The translations under genes were made by a program, and so were the position numbers. Below the pieces are notes generated by a model that saw only the letters and a program-made list of their open reading frames with translations, searched no databases and had not been told where the DNA came from. Below, piece after piece: positions 46,001 to 62,119 of a DNA stretch of 64,000 bases. The DNA comes from the human T2T-CHM13v2.0 reference genome, Homo sapiens: the NCBI RefSeq assembly GCF_009914755.1, contig NC_060925.1; one strand, written 5' to 3'. The stretch's first letter is position 1; the number at the start of each line of letters is the position of its first letter.

Positions 46001-49000
46001 AGGGGTCATCATCTAATGGAATCGCATGGAATCATCATCAAATGGAATCGAATGGAATCAACATCAAATGGAATCAAATGGAATCATTGAACAGAATTGA
46101 ATGGAATCGTCATCGAATGAATTGAATGCAATCATCGAATGGTCTCGAATGGAATCATCTTCAAATGGAATGGAATGGAATCATCGCATAGAATCGAATG
46201 GAATTTTCATCGAATGGAATCGAATGGAATCAACATCAAACGGAAAAAAACGGAATTATCGAATGGAATCGAAGAGAATCATCGAATGGACCCGAATGGA
46301 ATCATCTAATGGAATGGAATGGAATAATCCATGGACTCGAATGCAATCATCATCGAATGGAATCGAATGGAATCATCGAATGGACTCGAATGGAATAATC
46401 ATTGAACGGAATCGAATGGAATCATCATCGGATGGAAATGAATGGAATCATCATCGAATGGAATCGAATAGAATTATGGAATTAAATCCAGTGTGATCAT
46501 CATCGAATGGACCCGAATGGAATCATCATCCAACGGAAGCTAATGGAATCAACATCGAATGAATCAAATGGAAACACCATCGAATTGAAACGAATGGAAT
46601 TACCATGAAATTGAAATGGATGGACTCATCCTCAAATGGATTCGAGTGGAATCATCGAATAAAATTGATTGAAATCATCATCGAATGGAATCGAATGGTA
46701 TCATTGAATGGAATCGAATGGAATCATCATCAGATGGAAATGAAAGGAATCGTCATAGAATGGAATCGAATGGATTCATTGAATGGAATCAGATGGAATC
46801 ATTGAATGGACTGGAATGGAATCATTGAATGGACTCGAAAGGGATCATTATTGAATGGAATTGAATGGAATCATCGAATGGTCTCGATTGGAATCATTAT
46901 CAAATGGAATCGAATGGAATCACCGAATATAATCGAATGGAACAATCATCGAATGGACTCAAATGGAATTATCCTCTAATGGAATTGAATGGAATTATCG
47001 AATGCAATCGAATGGAATTATCGAATGCAATCGAATAGAATCATCGAATGGACTCGAATGGAATCATCGAATGGAATGGAATGGAACAGTCAATGAACTC
47101 GAATGGAATCATCATTGAATGGAATCGAATGGAATCATCGAGTGGAATCGAATGGAATTATGATCAAATGGAATCGAATGTAATCATCATCAAATGGAAT
47201 CAAAAATAACCATCATCAATTGGTATTGAATGGAATTGTCATCAAGTGGAATTCAAAGGAAACATCATCAAATGGAACCGAATGGAATCCTCATTGAATG
47301 GAAATGAAAGGGGTCATCGTCTAATGGAATCGCATGGAATCATCATCAAATGGAATCGAATGGAATCATCATCAAATGGAATCTAATGGAATCATTCAAC
47401 AGAATTGAATGGAATCGTCATCGAATGAATTGAATGCAATCATCGAATGGTCTCGAATGGAACCATCTTCTAATGGAAAGGAATGGAATCATCGCATAGA
47501 ATCGAATGGAATTGTCATCGAATGGAATCGAATGGTATCAACACCAAACGGAAAAAAACGGAATTATCGAATGGAATCGAAGAGAATCTTCGAACGGACC
47601 CGAATGGAATCATCTAATGGAATGGAATGGAATAATCCATGGACTCGAATGCAATCATCATCGAATGGAATCGAATGGAATCATCGAATGGACTCGAATG
47701 GAATAATCATTGAACGGAACCGAATGGAATCATCATCGGATGGAAACGAATGGAATCATCATCGGATGGGAATGAAAGGAGTCATCATCTAATGGAATTG
47801 CATGGAATCATCATAAAATGGAATCGAATGGAATCAACATCAAATGGAATCAAATGGAATCATTGAACGGAATTGAATGGAATCGTCATCGAATGAATTG
47901 AATGCAATCATCGAATGGTCTCGAATGGAATCATCTTCAAATGGAATGGAATGGAATCATTGCATAGAATCGAATGGAATTATCATCGAATGGAATCGAA
48001 TGGTATCAACATCAAACGGAAAAAAACGGAATTATCGAATGGAATCGAAGAGAATCTTCGAACGTACCCGAATGGAATCATCTAATGGAGTGGAATGGAA
48101 TAATCCATGGACTCGAATGCAATCATCATCGAATGGAATCGAATGGAATCATCGAATGGTCTCGAATGGAATAATCATTGAACGGAATTGAATGGAATCA
48201 TCATCGGATGGAAATGAATGGAATGATCATCGAATGGAATCGAATAGAATTATGGAATGAAATCCAGTGTGATCATCATCGAATGGACCCGAATGGAATC
48301 ATCATCCAACGGAAGCTAATGGAATCAACATCGAATGAATCGAATGGAAACACCATCGAATTGAAACGAATGGAATTATCATGAAATTGAAATGGATGGA
48401 CCCATCATCGAATGGATTCGAATGGAATCATCGAATAAAATTGATTGAAATCATCATCAAATGGAATCGAATGGTGTCATTGAATGGGATCGAATGGAAT
48501 CATCGTCAGATGGAAATGAATGGAATCGTCATAGAATGGAATCGAATGGATTCATTGAATGGAATCAGATGGAATCATCGAATGGACTGGAATGGAATCA
48601 TTCAATGGACTCGAATGGAATCATTATTGAATGGAATTGAATGGAATCATCGAATGGTCTCGATTGGAATCATTATCACATGGAATCGAATGGAATCACC
48701 GAATAGAATCGAATGGAACAATCATCGAATTGACTCAAATGGAATTATCCTCAAATGGAATCGAATGGAATTATCGAATGCAATCGAATGGAATTATCGA
48801 ATGCAATCGAATAGAATCATCGAATGGACTCGAATGGAATCATCGAATGGAATGGAATGGAACAGTCAATGAACTCGAATGGAATCATCATTGAATGGAA
48901 TCGAATGGAATCATCGAGTGGAATCGAATGTAATCATCATCAAATGGAATCAAAAATAACCATCATCAAATGGAATCAAAAATAACCATCATCAATTGGT

Positions 49001-49688
49001 ATTGAATGGAATTCTCATCAAATGGAATTCAAAGGAATCATCATCAAATGGAACCGAATGGAATCCTCATTGAATGGAAATGAAAGGGGTCATCATCTAA
49101 TGGAATCGCATGGAATCATCATAAAATGGAATCGAATGGAATCAACATCAAATGGAATCAAATGGAATCATTGAACGGAATTGAATGGAATCGTCATCGA
49201 ATGAATTGAATGCAATCATCGAATGGTCTCGAATGGAATCATCTTCAAATGGAATGGAATGGAATCATCGCATAGAATCGAATGGAATTATCATCGAATG
49301 GAATCGAATGGAATCAACATCAAACGGAAAAAAACCGAATTATCGAATGGAATCGAAGAGAATCATCGAATTGACCCGAATGGAATCATCTAATGGAATG
49401 GAATGGAATAATCCATGGACTCGAATGCAATCATCATCGAATGGAATCGAATGGAATCATCGAATGGACTCGAATGGAATAATCATTGAACGGAATCGAA
49501 TGGAATCATCATCGGATGGAAATGAATGGAATCATCATCGAATGGAATCGAATAGAATTATGGAATGAAATCCAGTGTGATCATCATCGAATGGACCCGA
49601 ATGGAATCATCATCTATCGGAAGCAAATGGAATCAACATCGAATGAATCGAATGGAAACACCATCGAATTGAAACGAATGGAATTATC

Positions 49689-52600
49689 ATGAAATTGAAA
49701 TGGATGGACTCATCATCGAATGGATTCGAATGGAATCATCGAATAAAATTGATTGAAATCATCATCAAATGGAATCGAATGGTATCATTGAATGGAATCG
49801 AATGGAATCATCATCAGATGGAAATGAATGGAATCGTCATAGAATGGAATCGAATGGATTCATTGAATGGAATCAGATGGAATCATCGAATGGACTGGAA
49901 TGGAATCATTGAATGGACTCGAAAGGGATCATGATTGAATGGAATTGAATGGAATCATCGAATGGTCTCGATTGGAATCATTATCAAATGGAATCGAATG
50001 GAATCACCGAATAGAATCGAATGGAACAATCATCGAATGGACTCAAATGGAATTATCCTCCAATGGAATCGAATGGAATTATCGAATGCAATCGAATGGA
50101 ATTATCGAATGCAATCGAATAGAATCACCGAATGGACTCGAATGGTATCATCGAGTGGAATCGAATGGAATTATGATCAAATGGAATCGAATGTAATCAT
50201 CATCAAATGGAATCAAAAATAACCATCATCAATTGGTATTGAATGGAATTGTTATCAAATGGAATTCAAAGAAAACATCATCAAATGGAACTGAATGGAA
50301 TCCTCATTGAATGGAAATGAAAGGGGTCATCATCTAATGGAATAGCATGGAATAATCATCAAATGGAATCGAATGAAATCATCATCAAATTGAATCTAAT
50401 GGAAACATTGAACAGAATTGAATGGAATCGTCATCGAATGAATTGAATGCAATCATCGAATGGTCTCGAATGGAATCATCTTCTAATGGAAAGGAATGGA
50501 ATCATCGCATAGAATCAAATGGAATTAACATTGAATGGAATCGAATGGAATCAACATCAAATGGAATCAAGCGGAATTATCGAACGAAATCGAAGAGAAT
50601 CATCGAATGGACTCGAATGGAATCATCTAATGGAATGGAATGGAATAATCCACGGACTCGAATGCAATCATCATCGTATAGAATCGAATGGAATCATCGA
50701 ATGGACTCGAATGGAATAACCATTGAACGGAATCGAATGGAATCATCATCGGATGGAAACGAATGGAATCATCATCGAATGGAAATGAAAGGAGTCATCA
50801 TCTAATGGAATTGCATGGAATCATCATAAAATGGAATCGAATGGAATCATCATCAAATGGAATCAAATGGAAGCATTGAACGGAATTGAATGGAATCGTC
50901 ATCGAATGAATTGAATTCAATCATCGAATGGTCTCGAATGGAATCATCTTCAAATGGAATGGAATGGAATCATCGCATAGAATCGAATGGAATTATCATC
51001 GAATGGAATCGAATGGAATCAACATCAAACGGAAAAAAACGGAATTATCGAATGGAATCGAAGAGAATCTTCGAATGGACCCGAATGGAATCATCTAATG
51101 GAATGGAATGGAATAATCCATGGACTCGAATGCAATCATCATCGAGTGGAATCGAATGGAATCATCGAATGGACTCGAATGGAATAATCATTGAACGGAA
51201 TCGAATGGAATCATCATCGGATGGAAATGAAAGGAGTCATCATCTAATGGAATTGCATGGAATCATCATAAAATGGAATCGAATGGAATCAACATCAAAT
51301 GGAATCAAATGGAATCATTGAACGGAATTGAATGGAATCGTCATCGAATGAATTGAATGCAATCATCGAATGGTCTCGAATGGAATCATCTTCAAATGGA
51401 ATGGAATGGAATCATCGCATAGAATCGAATGGAATTATCATCGAATGGAATCGAATGGAATCAACATCAAACGGAAAAAAACGGAATTATCGAATGGAAT
51501 CGAAGAGAATCATCGAATGGACCCGAATGGAATCATCTAATGGAATGGAATGGAATAATCCATGGACTCGAAAGCAATCATCATCGAATGGAATCGAATG
51601 GAATCATCATCAAATGGAATCTGATGGAATCATTGAACAGAATTGAATGGAATCGTCATCGAATGAATTGAATGCAATCATCGAATGGTCTCGAATGTAA
51701 TCACATTCTAATGGAAAGGAATGGAATCATCGCATAGAATCGAATGGAATTAACATTGAATGGACTCGAATGGAATCAACATCAAACGGAATCAAGCGGA
51801 ATTATCGAATGGAATCGAAGAGAATCATCGAATGGTCTCGAATGGAATCATCTTCTAATGGAAAGGAATGGAATCATCGCATAGAATCGAATGGAATTAA
51901 CATTGAATGGACTCGAATGGAATCAACATCAAATGGAATCAAGCGGAATTATCGAATGAAATCGAAGAGAATCATCGAATGGACTCGAATGGAATCATCT
52001 AATGGAATGGAATGGAATAATCCACGGACTCGAATGCAATCATCATCGTATAGAATCGAATGGAATCATCGAAAGGACTCGAATGGAATAACCATTGAAC
52101 GGAATCGAATGGAATCATCATCGGATGGAAACGAATGGAATCATCATCGAATGGAAATGAAAGGAGTCATCATCTAATGGAATTGCATGGAATCATCATC
52201 AAATGGAATCGAATGGAATCATCATCAAATGGAATCAAATGGAATCATTGAACGGAATTGAATGGAATCGTCATCGAATGAATTGAATGCAATCATCGAA
52301 TGGTCTCGAATGGAATCATCTTCAAATGGAATGGAATGGAATCATCGCATAGAATCGAATGGAATTATCATCGAATGGAATCGAATGGTATCAACATCAA
52401 ACGGAAAAAAACGGAATTATCGAATGGAACCAAAGAGAATCTTCGAACGGACCCGAATGGAATCATCTAATGGAATGGAATGGAATAATCCATGGACTCG
52501 AATGCAATCATCATCGAATGGAATCGAATGGAATCATTGAAAGGACTCGTATGGAATAATAATTGAACGGAATCGAATGGAATCATCATCGGATGGAAAT

Positions 52601-52765
52601 GAATGGAATCATCATCGAATGGAATCGAATAGAATTATGGAATGAAATCCAGTGTGATCATCATCGAATGGACCCGAATGGAATCATCATCCAACGGAAG
52701 CTAATGGAATCAACATACAATGAATCGAATGGAAACACCATCGAATTGAAACGAATGGAATTACC
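49689..52765 (+). repeat. Aberrant 3,077-bp unit with five module copies
   Basis: Module starts at 50422, 50890, 51332, 51647 and 52262. Segments 733+468+442+315+615+504 = 3077. Confidence 0.88.
51689..51982 (+). repeat. 147-bp internal tandem duplication in the diverged module variant
   Basis: TCTCGAATG...ATTAACATTGAATGGACTCG...ATCAAGCGG is repeated at 51689 and 51836. Confidence 0.9.
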
Positions 52766-53611
52766 ATGAAATTGAAATGGATGGACTCATCATCGAATGG
52801 ATTCCAATGGAATCATCGAATAAAATTGATTGAAATCATCATCGAATGGAATCGAATGGTATCATTGAATGGAATCGAATGGAATCATCATCAGATGGAA
52901 ATGAATGGAATCGTCATAGAATGGAATCGAATGGATTCATTGAATGGAATCAGATGGAATCATCGAATGGACTGGAATGGAATCATTGAATGGACTCGAA
53001 AGGGATCATGATTGAATGGAATTGAATGGAATCATCGAATGGTCTCGATTGGAATCATTATCAAATGGAATCGAATGGAATCACCGAATAGAATCGAATG
53101 GAACAATCATCGAATGGACTCAAATGGAATTATCCTCAAATAGAATCGAATGGAATTATCGAATGCAATCGAATGGAATTAACGAATGCAATCGAATAGA
53201 ATCATCGAATGGACTCGAATGGAATCATCGAATGGAATGGAATGGAACAGTCAATGAACTCGAATGGAATCATCATTGAATGGAATCGAATCGAATCATC
53301 GAGTGGAATCGAATGGAATTATGATCAAATGGAATCGAATGTAATCATCATCAAATGGAATCAAAAATAAACATCATCAATTGGTATTGAATGGAATTCT
53401 CATCAAATGGAATTCAAAGGAATCATCATCAAATGGAACTGAATGGAATCCTCATTGAATGGAAATGAAAGGGGTCATCATCTAATGGAATCGCATGGAA
53501 TCATCATCAAATGGAATCGAATGGAATCATCATCAAATGGAATCTGATGGAATCATTGAACAGAATTGAATGGAATCGTCATCGAATGAATTGAATGCAA
53601 TCATCGAATGG

Positions 53612-53905
53612 TCTCGAATGTAATCACATTCTAATGGAAAGGAATGGAATCATCGCATAGAATCGAATGGAATTAACATTGAATGGACTCGAATGGAATC
53701 AACATCAAACGGAATCAAGCGGAATTATCGAATGGAATCGAAGAGAATCATCGAATGGTCTCGAATGGAATCATCTTCTAATGGAAAGGAATGGAATCAT
53801 CGCATAGAATCGAATGGAATTAACATTGAATGGACTCGAATGGAATCAACATCAAATGGAATCAAGCGGAATTATCGAATGAAATCGAAGAGAATCATCG
53901 AATGG
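53612..53905 (+). repeat. 147-bp internal tandem duplication (1923-bp unit)
   Basis: Doubled ATTAACATTG/ATCAAGCGG block; unit 52766->54689 = 1776+147. Confidence 0.9.
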
Positions 53906-56841
53906 ACTCGAATGGAATCATCTAATGGAATGGAACGGAATAATCCACGGACTCGAATGCAATCATCATCCTATAGAATCAAATGGAATCATCGAAAGGA
54001 CTCGAATGGAATAACCATTGAACGGAATCGAATGGAATCATCATCGGATGGAAACGAATGGAATCATCATCGAATGGAAATGAAATGAGTCATCATCTAA
54101 TGGAATTGCATGGAATCATCATAAAATGGAATCGAATGGAATCATCATCAAATGGAATCAAATGGAATCATTGAACGGAATTCAATGGAATCGTCATCGA
54201 ATGAATTGAATGCAATCATCGAATGGTCTCGAATGGAATCATCTTCAAATGGAATGGAATGGAATCATCGCATAGAATCGAATGGAATTATCATCGAATG
54301 GAATCGAATGGTATCAACATCAAACGGAAAAAAACGGAATTATCGAATGGAATCAAAGAGAATCTTCGAACGGACCCGAATGGAATCATCTAATGGAATG
54401 GAATGGAATAATCCATGGACTCGAATGCAATCATCATCGAATGGAATCGAATGGAATCATTGAAAGGACTCGAATGGAATAATCATTGAACGGAATCGAA
54501 TGGAATCATCATCGGATGGAAATGAATGGAATCATCATCGAATGGAATCGAATAGAATTATGGAATGAAATCCAGTGTGATCATCATCGAATGGACCCGA
54601 ATGGAATCATCATCCAACGGAAGCTAATGGAATCAACATCGAATGAATCGAATGGAAACACCATCGAATTGAAACGAATGGAATTATCATGAAATTGAAA
54701 TGGATGGACTCATCATCGAATGGATTCGAAAGGAATCATCGAATAAAATTGATTGAAATCATCATCGAATGGAATCGAATGGTATCATCGAATGGAATCG
54801 AATGGAATCATCATCAGATGGAAATGAATGGAATCGTCATAGAATGGAATCGAATGGATTCATTGAATGGAATCAGATGGAATCATCGAATGGACTGGAA
54901 TGGAATCATTGAATGGACTCGAAAGAGATCATGATTGAATGGAATTGAATGGAATCATCGAATGGTCTCGATTGGAATCATTATCAAATGGAATCGAATG
55001 GAATCACCGAATAGAATCGAATGGAACAATCATCGAATGGACTCAAATGGAATTATCCTCCAATGGAATCGAATGGAATTATCGAATGCAATCGAATGGA
55101 ATTATCGAATGCAATCGAATAGAATCATCGAATGGACTCGAATGGAATCATCGAATGGAATGGAATGGAACAGTCAATGAACTCGAATGGAATCATTATT
55201 GAATGGAATCGAATGGAATCATCGAGTGGAATCGAATGGAATTATGATCAAATGGAATCGAATGTAATCATCATCAAATGGAATCAAAAATAACCATCAT
55301 CAATTGGTATTGAATGGAATTGTCATCAAATGGAATTTAAGGGAATCATCATCAAATGGAACCGAATGGAATCCTCATTGAATGGAAATGAAAGTGGTCA
55401 TCATCTAATGGAATCGCATGGAATCATCATCAAATGGAATCGAATGGAATCATCATCAAATGGAATCTAATGGAATCATTGAAAGAATTGAATGGAATCA
55501 TCATCGAATGAATTGAATGCAATCATCGAATGGTCTCGAATGGAATCATCTTCTAATGGAAAGGAATGGAATCATCGCATAGAATCGAATGGAATTATCA
55601 TCGAATGGAATCGAATGGAATCAACACCAAACGGAAAAAAACGGAATTATCGAATGGAATCGAAGAGAATCATCGAATGGACCCGAATGGAATCATCTAA
55701 TGGAATGGAATGGAATAATCCATGGACTCGAATGCAATCATCATCGAATGGAATCGAATGGAATCATCGAATGGACTCGAATGGAATAATCATTGAAGGG
55801 AATCGAATGGAATCATCATCGGATGGAAACGAATGGAATCATCATCGAATGGAATCGAATAGAATTATGGAATGAAATCCAGTGTGATCATCATCGAATG
55901 GACCCGAATGGAATCATCATCCAACGTAAGCTAATGGAATCAACATCGAATGAATCGAATGGAAACACCATCGAATTGAAACGAATGGAATTACCATGAA
56001 ATTGAAATGGATGGACTCATCATCGAATGGATTCGAATGGAATCATCGAATAAAATTGATTGAAATCATCATCGAATGGTATCGAATGGTATCATTGAAT
56101 GGAATCGAATGGAATCATCCTCAGATGGAAATGAATGGAATCGTCATAGAATGGAATCGAATGGATTCATTGAATGGAATCAGATGGAATCATCGAATGG
56201 ACTGGAATGGAATCATTGAATGGACTCGAAAGGGATCATTATTGAATGGAATTGAATGGAATCATCAAATGGTCCCGATTGGAATCATTATCAAATGGAA
56301 TCGAATGGAATCACCGAATAGAATCGAATGGAACAATCATCGAATGGACTCAAATGGAATTATCCTCAAATGGAATCGAATGGAATTATCGAATGCAATC
56401 GAATGGAATTATCGAATGCAATCGAATAGAATCATCGAATGGACTCGAATGGAATCATCGAATGGAATGGAATGGAACAGTCAATGAACTCGAATGGAAT
56501 CATCATTGAATGGAATCGAATGGAATCATCGAGTGGAATCGAATGGAATTATGATCAAATGGAATCGAATGTAATCATCATCAAATGGAATCAAAAATAA
56601 CCATCATCAATTGGTATTGAATGGAATTCTCATCAAATGGAATTCAAAGGAATCATCATCAAATGGAACTGAATGGAATCCTCATTGAATGGAAATGAAA
56701 GGGGTCATCATCTAATGGAATCGCATGGAATCATCATCAAATGGAATCGAATGGAATCATCATCAAATGGAATCTGATGGAATCATTGAACAGAATTGAA
56801 TGGAATCGTCATCGAATGAATTGAATTCAATCATCGAATGG

Positions 56842-57135
56842 TCTCGAATGTAATCACATTCTAATGGAAAGGAATGGAATCATCGCATAGAATCGAATGG
56901 AATTAACATTGAATGGACTCGAATGGAATCAACATCAAACGGAATCAAGCGGAATTATCGAATGGAATCGAAGAGAATCATCGAATGGTCTCGAATGGAA
57001 TCATCTTCTAATGGAAAGGAATGGAATCATCTCATAGAATCGAATGGAATTAACATTGAATGAACTCGAATGGAATCAACATCAAATGCAATCAAGCGGA
57101 ATTGTTGAATGAAATCGAAGAGAATCATCGAATGG
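56842..57135 (+). repeat. 147-bp internal tandem duplication (1923-bp unit)
   Basis: Doubled block; unit 55996->57919 = 1923. Confidence 0.9.
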
Positions 57136-60100
57136 ACTCGAATGGAATCATCTAATGGAATGGAATGGAATAATCCACGGACTCGAATGCAATCATCATC
57201 GTATAGAATCGAATGGAATCATCGAAAGGACTCGAATGGAATAACCATTGAACGGAATCGAATGGAATCATCATCGGATGGAAACGAATGGAATCATCAT
57301 CGAATGGAAATGAAAGGAGTCATCATCTAATGGAATTGCATGGAATCATCATCAAATGGAATCGAATGGAATCATCATCAAATGGAATCAAATGGAATCA
57401 TTGAACGGAATTGAATGGAATCGTCATCGAATGAATTGAATGCAATCATCGAATGGTCTCGAATGGAATCATCTTCAAATGGAATGGAATGGAATCATCG
57501 CATAGAATCGAATGGAATTATCATCGAATGGAATCGAATGGTATCAACATCAAACGGAAAAAAACGGAATTATCGAATGGAATCGAAGAGAATCTTCGAA
57601 CGGACCCGAATGGAATCATCTAATGGAATGGAATGGAATAATCCATGGACTCGAATGCAATCATCATCGAATGGAATCGAATGGAATCATTGAATGGACT
57701 CGAATGGAATAATCATTGAACGGAATCGAATGGAATCATCATCGGATGGAAATGAATGGAATCATCATCGAATGGAATCGAATAGAATTATGGAATGAAA
57801 TCCAGTGTGATCATCATCGAATGGACCCGAATGGAATCATCATCCAACGGAAGCTAATGGAATCAACATCGAATGAATCAAATGGAAACACCATCGAATT
57901 GAAACGAATGGAATTATCATGAAATTGAAATGGATGGACTCATCATCAAATGGATTCGAATGGAATCATCGAATAAAATTGATTGAAATCATCATCGAAT
58001 GGAATCGAATGGTATCATTGAATGGAATCGAATGGAATCATCATCTGATGGAAATGAATGGAATCGTCATAGAATGGAATCGAATGGATTCATTGAATGG
58101 AATCAGATGGAATCATTGAATGGACTGGAATGGAATCATTGAATGGACTCGAAAGGGATCATTATTGAATGGAATTGAATGGAATCATCGAATGGTCTCG
58201 ATTGGAATCATTATCAAATGGAATCGAATGGAATCACCGAATAGAATCGAATGGAACAATCATCGAATGGACTCAAATGGAATTATCCTCAAATGGAATC
58301 GAATGGAATTATCGAATGCAATCAAATAGAATCATCGAATGGACTCGAATGGAATCATCGAATGGAATGGAATGGAACAGTCAATGAACTCGAATGGAAT
58401 CATCATTGAATGGAATCGAATGGAATCATCGAGTGGAATCGAATGTAATCATCATCAAATGGAATCAAAAATAACCATCATCAAATGGAATCAAAAATAA
58501 CCATCATCAATTGGTATTGAATGGAATTCTCATAAAATGGAATTCAAAGGAATCATCATCAAATGGAACCGAATGGAATCCTCATTGAATGGAAATGAAA
58601 GGGGTCATCATGTAATGGAATCGCATGGAATCATCATAAAATGGAATCGAATGGAATCAACATCAAATGGAATCAAATGGAATCATTGAACGGAATTGAA
58701 TGGAATGGTCATCGAAAGAATTGAATGCAATCATCGAATGGTCTCGAATGGAATCATCTTCAAATGGAATGGAATGGAATCATCGCATAGAATCGAAAGG
58801 AATTGTCATCGAATGGAATCGAATGGAATCAACACCAAACGGAAAAAAACGGAATTATCGAATGGAATCGAAGAGAATCATCGAATGGACCCGAATGGAA
58901 TCATCTAATGGAATGGAATGGAATAATCCATGGACACGAATGCAATCATCATCGAATGGAATCGAATGGAATCATCGAATGGACTCAAATGGAATAATCA
59001 TTGAACGGAATCGAATGGAATCATCATCGGATGGAAACGAATGGAATCATCATCGAATGGAATCGAATAGAATTATGGAATGAAATCCAGTGTGATCATC
59101 ATCGAATGGACCCGAATGGAATCATCATCCAACGGAAGCTAATGGAATCAACATCGAATGAATCAAATGGAAACACCATCGAATTGAAACGAATGGAATT
59201 ACCATGAAATTCAAATGGATGGACTCATCATCAAATGGATTCGAATGGAATCATCGAATAAAATTGATTGAAATCATCATCGAATGTAATCGAATGGTAT
59301 CATTGAATGGAATCGAATGGAATCATCATCAGATGGAAATGAATGGAATCGTCATAGAATGGAATCGAATGGATTCATTGAATGGAATCAGATGGAATCA
59401 TTGAATGGACTGGAATGGAATCATTGAATGGACTCGAAAGGGATCATTATTGAATGGAATTGAATGGAATCATCGAATGGTCTCGATAGGAATCATTATC
59501 AAATGGAATCGAATGGAATCACCGAATAGAATCGAATGGAACAATCATCGAATGGACTCAAATGGAATTATCCTCTAATGGAATCGAATGGAATTATCGA
59601 ATGCAATCGAATGGAATTATCGAATGCAATCGAATAGAATCATCGAATGGACTCGAATGGAATCATCGAATGGAATGGAATGGAACAGTCAATGAACTCG
59701 AATGGAATCATCATTGAATGGAATCGAATGGAATCATCGAGTGGAATCGAAAGGAATTATGACCAAATGGAATCGAATGTAATCATCATCAAATGGAATC
59801 AAAAATAACCATCATCAATTGGTATTGAATGGAATTGTCATCAAATGGAATTCAAAGGAATCATCATCAAATGGAACCGAATGGAATCCTCATTGAATGG
59901 AAATGAAAGGGGTCATCATCTAATGGATTCGCATGGAATCATCATCAAATGGAATCGAATGGAATCATCATCAAATGGAATCTAATGGAATCATTGAAAA
60001 GAATTGAATGGAATCGTCATCGAATGAATTGAATGCAATCATCGAATGGTCTCGAATGGAATCATCTTCTAATGGAAAGGAATGGAATCATCGCATAGAA

Positions 60101-61825
60101 TCGAATGGAATTATCATCGAATGGAATCGAATGGTATCAACACCAAACGGAAAAAAACGGAATTATCGAATGGAATCGAAGAGAATCTTCGAACGGACCC
60201 GAATGGAATCATCTAATGGAATGGAATGGAATAATCCATGGACTCGAATGCAATCATCATCGAATGGAATCGAATGGAATCATCGAATGGACTCGAATGG
60301 AATAATCATTGAACGGAATCGAATGGAATCATCATCGGATGGAAACGAATGGAATCATCATCGAATGGAAGTGAAAGGAGTCATCATCTAATGGAATTGC
60401 ATGGAATCATCATCAAATGGAATCGAATGGAATCAACATCAAATGGAATCAAATGGAATCATTGAACGGAATTGAATGGAATCGTCATCGAATGAATTGA
60501 ATGCAATCATCGAATGGTCTCGAATGGAATCATCTTCAAATGGAATGGAATGGAATCATCGCATAGAATCGAATGGAATTATCATCGAATGGAATCGAAT
60601 GGAATCAACATCAAACGGAAAAAAACGGAATTATCGAATGGAATTGAAGAGAATCATCGAATGGACCCGAATGGAATCATCTAATGGAATGGAATGGAAT
60701 AATCCATGGACTCGAATTCAATCACCATCGAATGGAATCGAATGGAATCATCGAATGGACTCGAATGGAATAATCATTGAACGGAATCGAATGGAATCGT
60801 CATCGGAAGGAAATGAATGGAATCATCATCGAATGGAATCGAATAAAATTATGGAATGAAATCCAGTGTGATCATCATCGAATGGACCCGAATGGAATCA
60901 TCATCCAACGGAAGCTAATGGAATCAACATCGAATGAATCGAATGGAAACACCATCGAATTGAAACGAATGGAATTACCATGAAATTGAAATGGATGGAC
61001 TCATCATCGAATGGATTCGAATGGAATCATCGAATAAAATTGATTGAAATCATCATCGAATGGTATCGAATGGTATCATTGAATGGAATCGAATGGAACC
61101 ATCCTCAGATGGAAATGAATGGAATCGTCATAGAATGGAATCGAATGGATTCATTCAATGGAATCAGATGGAATCATCGAATGGACTGGAATGGAATCAT
61201 TGAATGGACTCGAAAGGGATCATTATTGAATGGAATTGAATGGAATCATCGAATGGTCCCGATTGGAATCATTATCAAATGGAATCGAATGGAATCACCG
61301 AATAGAATCGAATGGAACAATCATCGAATGGACTCAAATGGAATTATCCTCAAATGGAATCGAATGGAATTATCGAATGCAATCGAATGGAATTATCGAA
61401 TGCAATCGAATAGAATCATCGAATGGACTCGAATGGAATCATCGAATGGAATGGAATGGAACAGTCAATGAACTCGAATGGAATCATCATTGAATGGAAT
61501 CGAATGGAATCATCGAGTGGAATCGAATGGAATTATGATCAAATGGAATCGAATGTAATCATCATCAAATGGAATCAAAAATAACCATCATCAATTGGTA
61601 TTGAATGGAATTCTCATCAAATGGAATTCAAAGGAATCATCATCAAATGGAACTGAATGGAATCCTCATTGAATGGAAATGAAAGGGGTCATCATCTAAT
61701 GGAATCGCATGGAATCATCATCAAATGGAATCGAATGGAATCATCATCAAATGGAATCTGATGGAATCATTGAACAGAATTGAATGGAATCGTCATCGAA
61801 TGAATTGAATGCAATCATCGAATGG

Positions 61826-62119
61826 TCTCGAATGTAATCACATTCTAATGGAAAGGAATGGAATCATCGCATAGATTCGAATGGAATTAACATTGAATGG
61901 ACTCGAATGGAATCTACATCAAACGGAATCAAGCGGAATTATCGAATGGAATCGAAGAGAATCATCGAATGGTCTCGAATGGAATCATCTTCTAATGGAA
62001 AGGAATGGAATCATCTCATAGAATCGAATGGAATTAACATTGAATGGACTCGAATGGAATCAACATCAAATGGAATCAAGCGGAATTATCAAATGAAATC
62101 GAAGAGAATCATCGAATGG
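61826..62119 (+). repeat. 147-bp internal tandem duplication (1923-bp unit)
   Basis: Doubled block; unit 60980->62903 = 1923. Confidence 0.9.

Noticed and set aside
51689-51982. 147-bp duplication as a nucleosome-core-length adaptation
   Set aside because: 147 equals 3 x (23+26) and is the distance between two pre-existing near-identical motifs, so monomer register explains it.
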